Positions 1 to 10,817 of a DNA stretch of 39,174 nt are shown in pieces; positions within the stretch are counted from its first letter, which is position 1; every line of letters begins with the position of its first letter. The notes under the pieces are model-generated. The model searched no databases. It was not told where the DNA came from and was given only the letters and a program-made list of their open reading frames with translations. The position numbers were made by a program, and so were the translations under genes. This DNA is from Acidobacteriota bacterium (GTDB lineage Bacteria; Acidobacteriota; Terriglobia; Bryobacterales; JACQDG01): contig JACQDG010000156.1 of assembly GCA_016201185.1 (NCBI GenBank), positions 1-39,174 on the forward strand. The letters are read 5' to 3'.

Positions 1-404
1 ACCTGAACCGGCTCCAGGCCGGCGATTACCTGGCGCTGCTGGCCTATATCCACATGAATGAGGCCAACGAGAGGCGACTCCAGGCCGCCCGTCATGCTGT
101 TCGTGACCAAAAGAAGGTCGCGACATGCCTGGGCTTTGGCCCGCGCTTCCTTCACTCCACCGGGCAGGCCTACAAGGGCGGGCCTAACACGGGAGTGTTC
201 TTGCAGATCACGGCGGAGTATGCCGACGATCTGCCGGTGCCCGGTCAGAAATACACCTTTGGGATTGTGATTGCGGCGCAGGCGCGCGGCGATCTCCGGG
301 TGCTTTCCGAGCGGAACCGGCGCGCATTGAGGGTTCATCTGGGCGCAGATGTCCCCGCAGGAGTGGCGGTGCTTGGCGCGGCGGTCGAGCAAGCGCTGGC
401 GTAA
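1..404 (+). CDS. pgi: C-terminal end of a glucose-6-phosphate isomerase domain, probably from a bifunctional transaldolase/phosphoglucose isomerase. The 5' end lies outside the window.
   Basis: Frame 3 is open from nt 3 (LNRLQAGDYLALLAYIHMNE...), so the listed 54..404 ORF is only the tail of a longer gene. The block LGFGPRFLHSTGQAYKGGP..GVFLQIT is a C-terminal motif I recognise from tal-pgi/PGI proteins. The gene sits directly upstream of gnd, a glucokinase and zwf. Confidence 0.7.
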   Translation, partial: LNRLQAGDYLALLAYIHMNEANERRLQAARHAVRDQKKVATCLGFGPRFLHSTGQAYKGGPNTGVFLQITAEYADDLPVPGQKYTFGIVIAAQARGDLRVLSERNRRALRVHLGADVPAGVAVLGAAVEQALA

Positions 405-446
405 CAGCGATAAGAGAGGAATTTCATCGAGAAAGGAGCAACTAGC

Positions 447-1430
447 ATGCAACTCGGCATGGTCGGCCTTGGGAGAATGGGGGCCAATATGGTGCGCCGC
501 TTGATGGCAGGGAAGCACCAGTGCGTGGTGTACGATCTCAGCGCGGATAGTGTGAAGCAATTGGCCAGCGAGGGGGCGACCGGCACGACCACGCTGGAGG
601 AGCTCGTACGCAGCCTGAACAAACCACGGGCGGCGTGGGTGATGGTCCCGGCCGGGGATCCGACTGAGAGAACCGTCATGTCGCTGGCCGCGAAAATGGA
701 GCCGGGCGACATCATCATTGACGGCGGCAACTCCTACTTCAAAGACGATGTTCGGCGGGCCAAAGCGCTCCAGCCGAAGGGCATCCAATACGTGGATGTC
801 GGCACCAGCGGCGGTATCTGGGGAGTCGAGCGAGGCTACTGCATGATGATCGGCGGGGAGCCGGCGACGATCCGCCGCCTTGAGCCTATTTTCAATACCC
901 TCGCGCCCGGCCGCGGGGACACCCCTCGCACGCCGGGACGAGAAAAAATGGGCGGCACCGCCGAGGAGGGATACCTGCGCTGTGGCCCGTCCGGCGCGGG
1001 CCATTTCGTGAAGATGGTTCACAACGGCATCGAGTACGGATTGATGCAGGCTTATGCCGAGGGCTTCGACATTTTTCGGAACGCGAACTCCAAGGAGCTT
1101 CCCGAGGAGCACCGCTACGACCTCAATGTGACGGACATTGCCGAAGTCTGGAGGCGCGGCAGCGTGGTCGGCTCCTGGCTGCTCGACCTGACAGCCATGG
1201 CCCTGGCGGAGAATCCATCACTTTCCAGCTTTACCGGCTCCGTTCAGGATTCCGGCGAAGGGCGCTGGACCATCATGGCCGCAGTCGAGGAGGCGGTGCC
1301 GGCCGACGTGCTCTCCGCGTCGCTGTATACGCGTTTCCGGTCGCGGCAGGAGCACACCTTTGCGGAAAGGGTGCTTTCGGCGATGCGGTATAAGTTCGGC
1401 GGCCATGTCGAACGCGCAGCGGGCGGTTAG
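447..1430 (+). CDS. gnd: 6-phosphogluconate dehydrogenase, decarboxylating (short, about 300-aa type)
   Basis: N-terminal Rossmann motif [19 protein letters not shown]. Conserved blocks [20 protein letters not shown]...[24 protein letters not shown] and GSV..SWLLDL. An RBS-like GAAAGGAG lies upstream of the ATG. Confidence 0.85.
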   Translation: MQLGMVGLGRMGANMVRRLMAGKHQCVVYDLSADSVKQLASEGATGTTTLEELVRSLNKPRAAWVMVPAGDPTERTVMSLAAKMEPGDIIIDGGNSYFKDDVRRAKALQPKGIQYVDVGTSGGIWGVERGYCMMIGGEPATIRRLEPIFNTLAPGRGDTPRTPGREKMGGTAEEGYLRCGPSGAGHFVKMVHNGIEYGLMQAYAEGFDIFRNANSKELPEEHRYDLNVTDIAEVWRRGSVVGSWLLDLTAMALAENPSLSSFTGSVQDSGEGRWTIMAAVEEAVPADVLSASLYTRFRSRQEHTFAERVLSAMRYKFGGHVERAAGG

Positions 1431-1439
1431 GAGCGGCTT

Positions 1440-2165
1440 ATGGCAAGCGCAAAAAAGAGCAACGAACATCCCGATTCGAAGCGAACACTGGCAGTTGACA
1501 TAGGCGGCACAGGCATCAAGGTTATGGTTTTGGATGAAAACGGGAGACCGCTGACGGAGCGGTCCCGGGTGGGGACTCCCCAGCCGGCCACTCCGAGCGC
1601 GGTGCTCGGAGCTATCGTAGGCTTAGTCAAGAAGCAGGACGCCTTCAGCCGCGCCTCCGTCGGGTTTCCGGGCGTTGTCCGCAACGGCATCACGGAAACG
1701 GCGCCCAACCTGAATCCGGCGTGGAAGGGTTTTAATTTGGCTCAAACGCTCTCCAGGCGACTGGGCAAGCCGGTGAGAGTGGCCAATGACGCAGACGTGC
1801 AAGGGTTCGGAGCCATCACCGGGCGCGGCGTCGAACTGGTGGTTACCCTGGGAACCGGTCTCGGTTCGGCGCTTTTTGTCAATGGCCGGCTCGTACCCAA
1901 TTTGGAAGTAGCCCATCATGCCTTTCGAAAAGGCAAAACCTACGAGGAGAATCTGGGCAACGCCGCGTTGAAAAAGGCCGGGAAAAAGAAATGGAACAAG
2001 ACGCTGCGCCGGGCCATTTTAGAGCTCGAGCGCCTGTTTAACTACGACTTCCTGTTCATCGGCGGCGGCAATGCGAAGAAGATCGCTGGCGGGCTGCCGA
2101 CCAACGTCAAAGTTGTTTCGAACGTCGCCGGGCTGCTGGGCGGAATCGCTTTGTGGCGCGACTAG
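1440..2165 (+). CDS. ppgK: ROK-family glucokinase, polyphosphate-glucokinase-like
   Basis: [16 protein letters not shown] (ATPase phosphate-1 motif), [27 protein letters not shown] and FIGGGNAKK match the ROK/PPGK layout. It lacks the Zn-Cys motif of classic ROK repressors. It lies between gnd and zwf. Confidence 0.65.
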   Translation: MASAKKSNEHPDSKRTLAVDIGGTGIKVMVLDENGRPLTERSRVGTPQPATPSAVLGAIVGLVKKQDAFSRASVGFPGVVRNGITETAPNLNPAWKGFNLAQTLSRRLGKPVRVANDADVQGFGAITGRGVELVVTLGTGLGSALFVNGRLVPNLEVAHHAFRKGKTYEENLGNAALKKAGKKKWNKTLRRAILELERLFNYDFLFIGGGNAKKIAGGLPTNVKVVSNVAGLLGGIALWRD

Positions 2166-2221
2166 GCACCCGCCGGCCGCTGCAAAGGACAATCATTGGA
2201 AGGGAAGATACGCAAGGGGGA

Positions 2222-3718
2222 ATGGCAATGACAACCACAGAGGCCATCCGCGGAGCAGCGGAAAAGGCCACTCATTCTGGCGATCCGTGCGTGATAGTGA
2301 TCTTCGGCGCCGCGGGAGACCTGACCAAGCGCAAACTGATCCCGGCGCTTTACAACCTGGCGAAGGGCAATTTGCTCCCGAGGAACTTCGCGGTGGTTGG
2401 GCTCGCGCGTAACGAGATGAACACGGAGCAGTTTCGCGAGAGAATGAGCCAGGACATCCAGGAGTTTGCCACCGACCACTTCGATCACAACCTCTGGGAA
2501 GGGATGGTCAAGAGGCTCTACTACATGCCGGGGACGTTCGGGGATGCCAACGCGTACAAGAATCTACGAGCCCTTCTGGGCCGGGTCGATCAAGAGCAGG
2601 GCACACGCTGCAACTACCTCTTTTACCTGGCCACCAATCCCAGCTTCTTCGGTGAGATCATCCGCCAACTGGGGACCGTGGGTCTCGCGCATGAGGAGAA
2701 CGGCCAATGGCGGCGAGTGATCATTGAGAAACCGTTTGGGCGCGACCTCGACACCGCCCGGGTTCTCAACAAAGAGATCACGAAAACTCTCGAGGAGAGC
2801 CAGATCTACCGCATCGACCACTATCTGGGTAAGGAGACCGTGCAAAACATTATGGTCTTCCGTTTCGGCAACAGCATCTTCGAGCCGGTGTGGAACCGTC
2901 GTTATATCGACCACGTGCAGATCACCGTCGCGGAGACGGTGGGGGTGGAACAGCGCGGCCTCTACTACGAAGAGGCGGGCGCGCTCCGCGACATGGTGCC
3001 GAACCACATTTTCCAACTGATCGCTCTGATCGCCATGGAGCCCCCGATCTCCTTCGACGCGGAGGAGGTCCGCGACGAAAAAGCGAAGGTGCTGCGCGCC
3101 ATCCAGCCCCTGGACCCGGAAGATGTGCTGACCCGCGCGGTACGCGGGCAGTATGGCGAAGGCACCATCAACCGGGAGAGTGCGCCTGGTTACCGCAGGG
3201 AAGTGGACGTGGCGCCGGACTCGCCAACAGAGACATTTGTGGCGCTGAAGCTGTTGATCGACAACTGGCGCTGGGCGGATGTGCCGTTTTACCTGCGGAC
3301 CGGCAAGCGGATGCCCAAGCGCTTGACCGAGATCGCGATTCAGTACAAGCGCGCTCCGTTCCTGCTGTTTCGCAAGACGCCCGTCGAACACCTGACTCCG
3401 AACCTTCTGGTTTTGCAAATCCAGCCGGACGAAGGCATCAAGGTACGCTTCGGCGCAAAGGTGCCCGGGCCGACGGTGCAGATGGGAGCGGTGGATATGG
3501 ACTTTCGCTATGCCGATTACTTCGGCACCACGCCCAGCACCCGGCCGCCATGCAGCACCACGGCGCAGTTGTACAAGCTGTCCTCGATCCGGAGCGGCAC
3601 GCCGACCACCGCGACCAGGCGATGCTTCGCCGTCGCTGCAGCGACCTGGCGCAAGCCATCGAGCACCCTTATCTCGGCCCGCCAAGAAACCACGCTACAT
3701 TGCGGCCGCTGTGAATGA
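2222..3718 (+). CDS. zwf: Glucose-6-phosphate dehydrogenase with an aberrant 3' end, possibly a pseudogene
   Basis: Dinucleotide-binding motif [21 protein letters not shown], active-site block RIDHYLGKE and EKPFG are present. Recognisable G6PDH sequence runs to about ...[12 protein letters not shown](TTPST) near nt 3525-3540. The last roughly 58 codons ([15 protein letters not shown]...HCGRCE) have no G6PDH character, and the usual C-terminal (E/G)YERLL...GD.TLF.R...W...AG.WGP block is missing. I chose the ATG at 2222 after an AAGGGGG RBS; the track's GTG at 2153 overlaps the glucokinase gene. Confidence 0.8.
   Translation: MAMTTTEAIRGAAEKATHSGDPCVIVIFGAAGDLTKRKLIPALYNLAKGNLLPRNFAVVGLARNEMNTEQFRERMSQDIQEFATDHFDHNLWEGMVKRLYYMPGTFGDANAYKNLRALLGRVDQEQGTRCNYLFYLATNPSFFGEIIRQLGTVGLAHEENGQWRRVIIEKPFGRDLDTARVLNKEITKTLEESQIYRIDHYLGKETVQNIMVFRFGNSIFEPVWNRRYIDHVQITVAETVGVEQRGLYYEEAGALRDMVPNHIFQLIALIAMEPPISFDAEEVRDEKAKVLRAIQPLDPEDVLTRAVRGQYGEGTINRESAPGYRREVDVAPDSPTETFVALKLLIDNWRWADVPFYLRTGKRMPKRLTEIAIQYKRAPFLLFRKTPVEHLTPNLLVLQIQPDEGIKVRFGAKVPGPTVQMGAVDMDFRYADYFGTTPSTRPPCSTTAQLYKLSSIRSGTPTTATRRCFAVAAATWRKPSSTLISARQETTLHCGRCE
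3520..3678 (-). pseudogene. Internal fragment (about 50 aa) of a glutamine-dependent NAD+ synthetase (NadE) CN-hydrolase domain, out of context
   Basis: Minus-strand translation gives (AEIR)[49 protein letters not shown] followed by a stop. This closely parallels the NadE block as I recall it from the M. tuberculosis enzyme (LLDAVEDALLDLV...VLVVGAPLRHRHRIYNTAVVIHRGAVLGVVPKSYLP). There is no start codon, and the expected SYLPNYREFYE continuation is absent. Confidence 0.6.
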
Positions 3719-4379
3719 CGATCTGGGAGGGCCAGCGGTGCGGGTCGTAAGGCTCATGCAGCACGGTGTGAATGATCGGGGCTTTCTCGCCGCCAGCCGT
3801 GAAAAACAGGATCTGACGCGCGGCCAGCAAGACGCCTGGCAGCAGGGTGATGCGCCAGGTGGTCAGCTTTGCTACGTGGACCGCGGCGGCGATACCGGAC
3901 CTGTCATCCACCAGAGCTTCGCCCGGGAACAAACTGGCGGTATGGCCGTCGGCGCCGAGGCCCAGGTGCAAGACGTCGAAAGAAGGCAGCGTGCCCTCAG
4001 TCAGCCTGAAAAACTGGCGGATATTTTCCGTGTACTGCTGGGCCGCCGACTCAGCGGGCAGTTCAGCCCGGATGCGATGGATCTGGCCCTCAGGGATGCG
4101 TGCCGGGCCGAGAAGCGCTTCCTGGGCGAGCCGGTAATTGCTATCGGAGTGTGCCGGAGGAACCACGCGCTCGTCCACCCAAAAGACATGGACGCCGTCC
4201 CAGCGAAAGGGGGAAGCCGCGAGCCTGGCGAAAAGAACCTGCGGCGTGGTCCCGCCGGAAAGAGCCAGCGTGGCGAAACCCCGGTCCTTTCGCGCCTCTT
4301 CCAACCGCCCGATCACATATTGAGCGGCGGCTTCGGCGGCAGTTTCCAGATCGGGCCGCTCATGCCATTGAATCGCCAT
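3669..4379 (-). CDS. pgl: 6-phosphogluconolactonase
   Basis: [49 protein letters not shown] and FFTAGGEKA are classic DevB/Pgl motifs. I chose the start at [12 protein letters not shown]. The C-terminus (...VAWFLGGPR) looks a few residues short and ends inside the NadE-like fragment. Confidence 0.8.
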   Translation of the reverse strand: MAIQWHERPDLETAAEAAAQYVIGRLEEARKDRGFATLALSGGTTPQVLFARLAASPFRWDGVHVFWVDERVVPPAHSDSNYRLAQEALLGPARIPEGQIHRIRAELPAESAAQQYTENIRQFFRLTEGTLPSFDVLHLGLGADGHTASLFPGEALVDDRSGIAAAVHVAKLTTWRITLLPGVLLAARQILFFTAGGEKAPIIHTVLHEPYDPHRWPSQIVIHSGRNVAWFLGGPR

Positions 4380-4583
4380 TTGCTGAAAATCTGCGCCGGC
4401 CGCGTGCACTTGTCGGCGGCCCTTTAGGATAATATCCCTGGGCAACGGCAGGTTCAAGAACCAATTTCTTGCAGAAATATCAGCGAGCGAGATGATTCAG
4501 GAGGAGTTCAGGAACTTGCTCGCGGCTCCGGATGCCAGCAGCCACGAGCTTTGAACGCTTCCAATGAGAATCCGGGCCTCATA

Positions 4584-4609
4584 TCATGGAAACTGTTCAT
4601 GGAAACTGT
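4584..4609. repeat. Perfect 13-bp tandem direct repeat (TCATGGAAACTGT x2) in the pgl / outer-membrane-protein intergenic region
   Basis: Read directly from the sequence: 4584..4596 is identical to 4597..4609. The repeat lies about 97 nt upstream of the TTG start at 4706. Confidence 0.9.
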
Positions 4610-4705
4610 ACTTGCCCGGGCACACTAAGCTGTGGTAGTTTTTCGCCGACATTCGTCGGCTGGCTTTGAAAGAGCTCTCATGGGACGGCGTGCGTTGGAG
4701 GTCTC

Positions 4706-6850
4706 TTGGTTCGAAAGCTGAACGCGGCGTCTCCGCTGCTGGCGTTGTCGCTCTGGATTCCTGGCGCCAGGGTGAGTGCCACAATCACTCAGGCGGGCGC
4801 TCAGAGTCCTCCCGCTTTTGTGCAACGCATTCCGCGGCAGGCCGCGGCGGCCACGGCCGCCATACAAGGCATCGTGCGGAATGAGGATCGTCTGGGCCTG
4901 GGCGGTGTGACGGTCATTCTCCGGGATGTTTCTGGCGGCCAGAGTTTTCAGGCGAACACTACCGGCGACGGCGTCTTCCGCCTGCTCAACTTGCCCGCAG
5001 GCCGCTATGAGATGACCGCTCGGCGGGAAGGGTTCGAGCCCTTTGAGCGAGCGGACATTCCGCTCGCGGCGGGCGACGTTTTCACCTTAGATATGAGTTT
5101 GAAAATGATTCCCGCCGCTGGTCCCATGCGCCTGCGCGAGCTGCCGCGATGGCCGGACCTCGGCCCCTTACCGCCTCCGCCTGCGGCTGCTCCAGCGTCT
5201 CCGTATCACACGCTTACCTGGGCTCCTGCCCCAGGACCTGCCGGCGAGCCGCCACAAGCCTTGCCGCCGGACGACAAGGTCTTTGCTCGCGTGCCAGATC
5301 GCTGGACCTACCAATGGCCAATCTACCGCCGCTACTCCGAGAGTGGCGAGTACCCCTGGACGGTCGGCCACTGGTACGACCCCTTTAGCCGCCACAAGCT
5401 CAAGGGAGACTACCCCCTGTTTGGAAGAACCTTTCTGAACATAACCGGCACCAGCGACACCTTCGTCGATGGCCGACGCCTGCCTACCCCGAGCAACGTC
5501 GGCGCGGAGCGTCCCGGGAGCAAAGAGTTTTTCGGGCGGTCCGGCCAGTTCTTCACCAGTGAAAACCTGAGCTTTTCATTTGATCTCTTCCACGGCGACA
5601 CCTCTTTTCGCCCGATTGACTGGCGCTTCAGGGTAACACCGGAGGTAAACATCAACTACTTCAACGTCAAGGAGAGAGGCATTGTCAACGCCGATGTAAG
5701 GAAAGGGACGACTCGCACCGACGCCCACCTCGGGCTGCAGGAAGCGTTCTTCGAAGTCAAGCTGCACGACCTGAGCCATGACTATGACTTCGTCTCAGCG
5801 CGCGCCGGCATCCAGCCCTTTACCAGCGATTTCCGGGGGTTCATATTCTCCGATCAGGAGCCCGGTTTCCGGCTGTTCGGCAACCTACGTTCCAACCGCT
5901 ACCAGTACAACGCGGCTTATTTTTCCATGCTGGAGAAGGATACGAACAGCGGCCTGAATACCCTGCAGAGCCGCAACCAGCAAGTATTCATTGCAAATCT
6001 TTACCGGCAGGACTTTATCAAGCTGGGTTACACCATCCAGGCCAGCTTTCACTACGACAAGGACGATCCATCCTTTCAACTCGACAACAACAACTTCCTG
6101 GTTCGGCCCGCCCCGATCGGCAACGTGAGAGAGCACAGCATCCGGGCGTATTACCTGGGCGTGGCCGGGGATGGGCATATCGGCCGGATCAACGTCAGTC
6201 ACGCTTTCTATCAGGTCTTAGGCCACGATAAATTCAACCTCATCGCCGGAAGACGTGTGGACATCAATGCGCGCATGGCGGCGCTGGAACTGTCGCGTGA
6301 CAAAGACTGGATGCGGTTCAAGGCGTCATTCTTCTGGGCGTCGGGCGATTCCAACCCCCGCGACGGCCACGCCCACGGGTTTGACGCCATCTTCGACAAC
6401 CCGAATTTTGCCGGAGGTTTTTTCAGTTTCTGGGGCCGGGAGGGAATCCGGCTGACCAGCACCGGGGTCGGTCTGGATGGGTTAAACAGCCTCCTACCGA
6501 GCTTGCGTTCCAGCAAGACACAAGGCCAGGCGAACTTCGTCAATCCCGGGCTGTACCTGTACAATGCGGGGGCGGACCTGGATCTCACGCCCAAGATGCG
6601 CGTCTCCCTCAACGAGAACCTCGTTCGGTTCCACCACACCGCGCCACTGGAACTGCTCCTTTTCCAGAAACCCGTGCACGCCGGAATCGGGTCAGACTCC
6701 AGCATCGGCGCTTCCTATCGCCCGACCTTGTCGGACAACATTATCTTCACCGGCGGCGTCAGTGTTTTCTCTCCGTTCCGGGGCTTCCGGGAAATATATA
6801 CCGGTCAAACGCTGGTCTCGCTTTTCAGCAATATAAGGGTCAGGTTTTAG
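4706..6850 (+). CDS. Outer-membrane beta-barrel protein with an N-terminal carboxypeptidase-regulatory-like (CarboxypepD_reg) domain
   Basis: Signal-peptide-like N-terminus ([15 protein letters not shown]). CarboxypepD_reg-like block [20 protein letters not shown]...[29 protein letters not shown] Pro-rich linker is followed by about 520 aa rich in aromatic, Gly, Asn and Asp residues, ending in ...FSNIRVRF (C-terminal Phe beta-signal). Confidence 0.6.
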   Translation: MVRKLNAASPLLALSLWIPGARVSATITQAGAQSPPAFVQRIPRQAAAATAAIQGIVRNEDRLGLGGVTVILRDVSGGQSFQANTTGDGVFRLLNLPAGRYEMTARREGFEPFERADIPLAAGDVFTLDMSLKMIPAAGPMRLRELPRWPDLGPLPPPPAAAPASPYHTLTWAPAPGPAGEPPQALPPDDKVFARVPDRWTYQWPIYRRYSESGEYPWTVGHWYDPFSRHKLKGDYPLFGRTFLNITGTSDTFVDGRRLPTPSNVGAERPGSKEFFGRSGQFFTSENLSFSFDLFHGDTSFRPIDWRFRVTPEVNINYFNVKERGIVNADVRKGTTRTDAHLGLQEAFFEVKLHDLSHDYDFVSARAGIQPFTSDFRGFIFSDQEPGFRLFGNLRSNRYQYNAAYFSMLEKDTNSGLNTLQSRNQQVFIANLYRQDFIKLGYTIQASFHYDKDDPSFQLDNNNFLVRPAPIGNVREHSIRAYYLGVAGDGHIGRINVSHAFYQVLGHDKFNLIAGRRVDINARMAALELSRDKDWMRFKASFFWASGDSNPRDGHAHGFDAIFDNPNFAGGFFSFWGREGIRLTSTGVGLDGLNSLLPSLRSSKTQGQANFVNPGLYLYNAGADLDLTPKMRVSLNENLVRFHHTAPLELLLFQKPVHAGIGSDSSIGASYRPTLSDNIIFTGGVSVFSPFRGFREIYTGQTLVSLFSNIRVRF

Positions 6851-6870
6851 CAAGGGCAAAACGGCAACTT

Positions 6871-9800
6871 TTGAAAATGTTTGAACTCTTGAAGGGCTCT
6901 GGAACGGCGGCAGGCAGCCGCCATCGTCAACTGGTGCGGTTCGGTTCTCCGGGCCTGGCGGCCGGCCTGTGTCTGCTCTTGTGCCTATTCTTGACGCTTT
7001 CGCCTACTCCCGCCCAGGAAGAGCAGAGGTCGCGGCCATCCGCCGTTTCACGACTCGTCAACGAGACGCAGGCGGAAGCAGACCAAAAGAGCGCCGGTTG
7101 CATCACCTGTCACGTCAAGACGGATGCGCCCACCATGCATACGACTGGAACCGTGCGCCTCGGTTGCGCCGATTGCCATGGCGGGAATGTCGAAGCGCGA
7201 GTCCCGGCCGGAACGGCGCCGGGCTCTGCTGCCTACGAGGAGGCGAAGAAAAAAGCGCATCCGCAGCCCCGCATCCCGAGCCTCTGGAAAGGCTCGGCCA
7301 ATCCAGTGCGCCCCTATACTGGTTGGCTCCAAGAGAGCAAAGAATATATTCAGTTTGTCAATCCCGGTGATCTGCGCGTGGCTGAGCAGACCTGCGGGTC
7401 GGTGGGCTGTCACCCCCAAGAAGTGCGGGCGGTTCGGACCAGCATGATGACGCACGGCGCCATGTTGTGGCAGGCGGCGCTTTACAACAATGGCGGCTTC
7501 CCCTACAAGAATGCCCGGTTTGGCGAGAATTATTCTGCGGACGGTTTACCCCAGCGGATCAGCACCTGGCCGCCGCCGAGCCAGGAGCAAACCAAGAGCA
7601 AGGGCATCCTTCCCCACCTGGATCCGCTTCCTCGCTGGGAGGTTTCCGAGCCCGGCAACGTGCTGCGCGTTTTCGAGCGCGGCGGGGGGCCGCGCCCTGA
7701 GATTGGCAGCCCTAATCCGAAAGAGGATCCCGGCCGGCCCGACGAAAAGTTGAGCGACCGCGGTTTTGGCACGCTGCTGCGGACGGATCCGGTATTTCTC
7801 GGTCTGCAAAAAACACGACTGCTCGACCCGCTGCTTTCGCTTCCCGGCACCAACGACCACCCTGGCGATTATCGCAACAGCGGCTGTTCAGCCTGCCACG
7901 TGATTTACGCCAACGATCGCTCCTCCATCCACTCCGGGTCCTACGCCGTGTACGGCAACCAGGCCAGGAGCGCCGAGGCGGATCCCACTATTCCCCGGAA
8001 TGAATCCGGCCATCCCATCAAGCACGAATTCACTCGCGCCATCCCAACCAGTCAATGCATCGTTTGCCACATCCATCCCGGAACCAATATGGTAGCTACC
8101 TACCTGGGCTACACCTGGTGGGACAACGAGATGGACGGCGAGTTCATGTACCCGAAAAAACAACGTCACCCCACCGACGAAGACAGGTACCGGGCGTGGG
8201 TATCGAATCCGGAGGCAGCCTCGGTGAATGGGCTATGGTCCGACCCCGGCTTTCTGGAGAAAGTTGGCACCCCTGAATTCAACCGGCAGCTCCAGCACAC
8301 CCAGTTTGCCGATTTCCACGGCCACGGCTGGGTGTTCCGCGCCGTTTACAAGAGGGACCGTAAAGGCCGCTTGCTCGACGCCGAAGACCATATCGTCCCG
8401 TTCGGGGACAAGGACAAGTTCCAGAAGGCGGTTCAGCTCCGGGACATCCACCTCGAAAAGGGAATGCACTGCGAGGACTGCCATTTCGCTCAGGATAACC
8501 ACGGCAACGGTAACATTTACGGAGAGACGCGGAACGCTCTCGAAATTGATTGCGTCGATTGCCACGGGACCATCCAGCAGCAAGCTACTCTGCACACGTC
8601 CGGCCCCGCTGCGCCACCGGGCGGCACGGATCTGCAACTGTTGCGCACGCCGTGGGGGCAGCGGCGGTTCTACTGGCAGGACGGTAAGTTGTATCAGCGC
8701 TCCATGGTCGAGAAGGACCGCCTGCCGTGGGAAGTGGTGCAGGCGGTCGATACCATAACCCCCGGCAATCCGCATTACAGCGAAAAATCCCGCCTGGCGA
8801 AAACCATTCTCAAGGACGGCAAGAGCTGGGGAGGCGCGCCGCAGGATGAGTCACAGTTGGCTCACGCGAACAGCAAGATGACCTGCTACGCCTGCCACTC
8901 GTCGTGGACCACCAGTTGCTTCGGGTGCCATCTGCCCATGGCCGCCAACCGCAAGATGCCGATGCTCCACAATGAAGGGCTGACGGCGCGGAATTACACC
9001 ACCTACAACTTTGAGGTCTTGCGCGACGACATTTACATGCTGGGCATTGACGGCACCGTGACCAAGCACCGTATAGCGCCTACGCGCTCCACTTGCGCGG
9101 TGGTGGTGAGCTCCCAGAACGCGAACCGCGGCTGGCTGTACTACATGCAGCAGACGATTTCCGCCGAAGGGTTCAGCGGGTTCGGCTTTAGTCCCTATTA
9201 CCCCCACACCGTGCGCTCCAAAGAAACGAAGAACTGCACGGATTGCCACGTTTCGCAGGCGGGGGACAACAATGCCTGGATGGCGCAGATCCTGATGCAG
9301 GGAACGAATCTTGTGAATTTCATGGGGCGCTACGTTTATGTCGCGATAGGGAATAAGGGGTTTGAGGCGATTTCCGTCGCCGAGCACGATGATCCGCCCG
9401 CCGTGATCGGCAGCGATTTGCAGCGGATCGCCTACCCCGAGAGTTACGAGGAGCATCTCAAACGCCACCGCGAACTCCAGGAAAGCGACCATCATCCGGG
9501 AAACGTTCTGGACGTGCAGTTGCGCGGCGAGTATCTCTACGCCGCACTGGGGGAAGGCGGATTCCGCGTCTATGACGTTGCCAACGTCGACAATAAAGAC
9601 TTCTCGGAAAAGATGGTCACGGCGCCGGTATCTCCGCTGGGACAGCGTTTCTACGTCAAAACCAAGTATGCAGCGGCCATCGCCTCTCCTTCCACACTGG
9701 CCGTCGATCCCCTCCGCACCCGCATCCCGGAAAATGAGGAGCAGCCGATCGCCCTGCTATATGGTTTCCTTTATGTGGCGGACAAGTACGAGGGGCTGGT

Positions 9801-10740
9801 CGTCGTCGGAGATCCAAACCTGAAAAGCAAAAGTCCCGGCGTGCTGACTCTGCTCGACGGAAACCCCGCCAATAACTTTTTGAAGCGGGCCCTGGCGTTC
9901 AACCCCAGCGGAATCCTCAACGGCGCGCGCCGCATCACCATTGGGGGCAATTACGCTTACATTCTCTGCGACCGCGGCCTGGTGGTAGTGAGCCTGGAAA
10001 ATCCTCTGGCTCCCAAGGTCGTTGGCGCGGTGGGAGCGCCGGATCTGGTGGACCCACAGGGCCTGGCGATCCAGTTTCGTTATGCCTTTGTGGTCGACCG
10101 GCAAGGGCTCAAGGTGCTGGATGTAACTTCACTCGAACACCCCCGCGTGGCGCCCGGCGCCTTCGTTCCCTTGCCAGACGCCCGGAACCTCTACGTGGCG
10201 CGCACCTACGCCTACGTGGCCGGGGGCAAGCAAGGACTGGTGATCGTGGATGTCGAGCGTCCGGAGCACCCCTTCCTCGATCAGGCCTTTACGGCCGAGG
10301 GAGAAATCAACGATGCGCGCGATGTGAAAGCCGCCATGACCGCCTCCAGCGCATTTGCTTATGTAGCTGACGGGAAGAACGGCCTGCGTGTGGTTCAATT
10401 GTTTTCTCCCACCGACACCCCCGAATTCCTTGGCTTCAGTCCCCGGCCCAAGCCGAAGCTCATTGCCACGGCCCATACCCGCGGGCCCGCCCTGGCTATC
10501 TCCAAAGGCATCGATCGGGACCGGGCCGTCGATGAAAGTGGAAACCAGTTGACTGTGTTTAACCGGCGCGGGTCACGGCCCTTTAACCGGCAAGAGGGGG
10601 AGCGGCTATACCTGCGCAACGGTCAGCTTTACACGGTGACGAATGACCCGCCGGGGTCACCGGTCCAACTGACGAAGGGCGCGCCGGAAAAACCGATGAA
10701 AGAAGCCAGATCGGATGCGCCTGGTAGAGCCACACGGTAA
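6871..10740 (+). CDS. Multiheme cytochrome c (9 CXXCH plus 1 CX4CH) fused to a C-terminal LVIVD-repeat beta-propeller; secreted or membrane-anchored
   Basis: Hydrophobic N-terminal anchor [16 protein letters not shown]. Heme motifs: CITCH, CADCH, CGSVGCH, CSACH, CIVCH, CEDCH, CVDCH, CYACH, CFGCH and CTDCH (nt 7099..9249). C-terminal repeats: [45 protein letters not shown] and GLRVVQLFS (nt about 9526..10415). The track start is a TTG; an ATG lies two codons later at 6877. Confidence 0.8.
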   Translation: MKMFELLKGSGTAAGSRHRQLVRFGSPGLAAGLCLLLCLFLTLSPTPAQEEQRSRPSAVSRLVNETQAEADQKSAGCITCHVKTDAPTMHTTGTVRLGCADCHGGNVEARVPAGTAPGSAAYEEAKKKAHPQPRIPSLWKGSANPVRPYTGWLQESKEYIQFVNPGDLRVAEQTCGSVGCHPQEVRAVRTSMMTHGAMLWQAALYNNGGFPYKNARFGENYSADGLPQRISTWPPPSQEQTKSKGILPHLDPLPRWEVSEPGNVLRVFERGGGPRPEIGSPNPKEDPGRPDEKLSDRGFGTLLRTDPVFLGLQKTRLLDPLLSLPGTNDHPGDYRNSGCSACHVIYANDRSSIHSGSYAVYGNQARSAEADPTIPRNESGHPIKHEFTRAIPTSQCIVCHIHPGTNMVATYLGYTWWDNEMDGEFMYPKKQRHPTDEDRYRAWVSNPEAASVNGLWSDPGFLEKVGTPEFNRQLQHTQFADFHGHGWVFRAVYKRDRKGRLLDAEDHIVPFGDKDKFQKAVQLRDIHLEKGMHCEDCHFAQDNHGNGNIYGETRNALEIDCVDCHGTIQQQATLHTSGPAAPPGGTDLQLLRTPWGQRRFYWQDGKLYQRSMVEKDRLPWEVVQAVDTITPGNPHYSEKSRLAKTILKDGKSWGGAPQDESQLAHANSKMTCYACHSSWTTSCFGCHLPMAANRKMPMLHNEGLTARNYTTYNFEVLRDDIYMLGIDGTVTKHRIAPTRSTCAVVVSSQNANRGWLYYMQQTISAEGFSGFGFSPYYPHTVRSKETKNCTDCHVSQAGDNNAWMAQILMQGTNLVNFMGRYVYVAIGNKGFEAISVAEHDDPPAVIGSDLQRIAYPESYEEHLKRHRELQESDHHPGNVLDVQLRGEYLYAALGEGGFRVYDVANVDNKDFSEKMVTAPVSPLGQRFYVKTKYAAAIASPSTLAVDPLRTRIPENEEQPIALLYGFLYVADKYEGLVVVGDPNLKSKSPGVLTLLDGNPANNFLKRALAFNPSGILNGARRITIGGNYAYILCDRGLVVVSLENPLAPKVVGAVGAPDLVDPQGLAIQFRYAFVVDRQGLKVLDVTSLEHPRVAPGAFVPLPDARNLYVARTYAYVAGGKQGLVIVDVERPEHPFLDQAFTAEGEINDARDVKAAMTASSAFAYVADGKNGLRVVQLFSPTDTPEFLGFSPRPKPKLIATAHTRGPALAISKGIDRDRAVDESGNQLTVFNRRGSRPFNRQEGERLYLRNGQLYTVTNDPPGSPVQLTKGAPEKPMKEARSDAPGRATR

Positions 10741-10817
10741 ACACTGGCGTTTTGCCGGCGCTGGGTCGCACGTCTTGGGCAGAAGTCTGGAAGCTTGGCG
10801 GGGAAACGGACCGAATT

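Noticed and set aside
2564-3685. 373-aa minus-strand ORF
   Set aside because: It is antisense to zwf and has no motifs. Only the unrelated frame at 3520..3678 carries the NadE-like fragment, which is reported separately.
3510-4427. 305-aa plus-strand ORF
   Set aside because: It is antisense to pgl, whose own translation carries all the Pgl/DevB motifs.
4600-4617. Possible sigma54 promoter (TGGAAA-N-TTGC) overlapping the 13-bp repeat
   Set aside because: The GG-to-GC spacing is one nucleotide longer than the strict -24/-12 spacing, and the -24 element is TGGAAA rather than TGGCAC.
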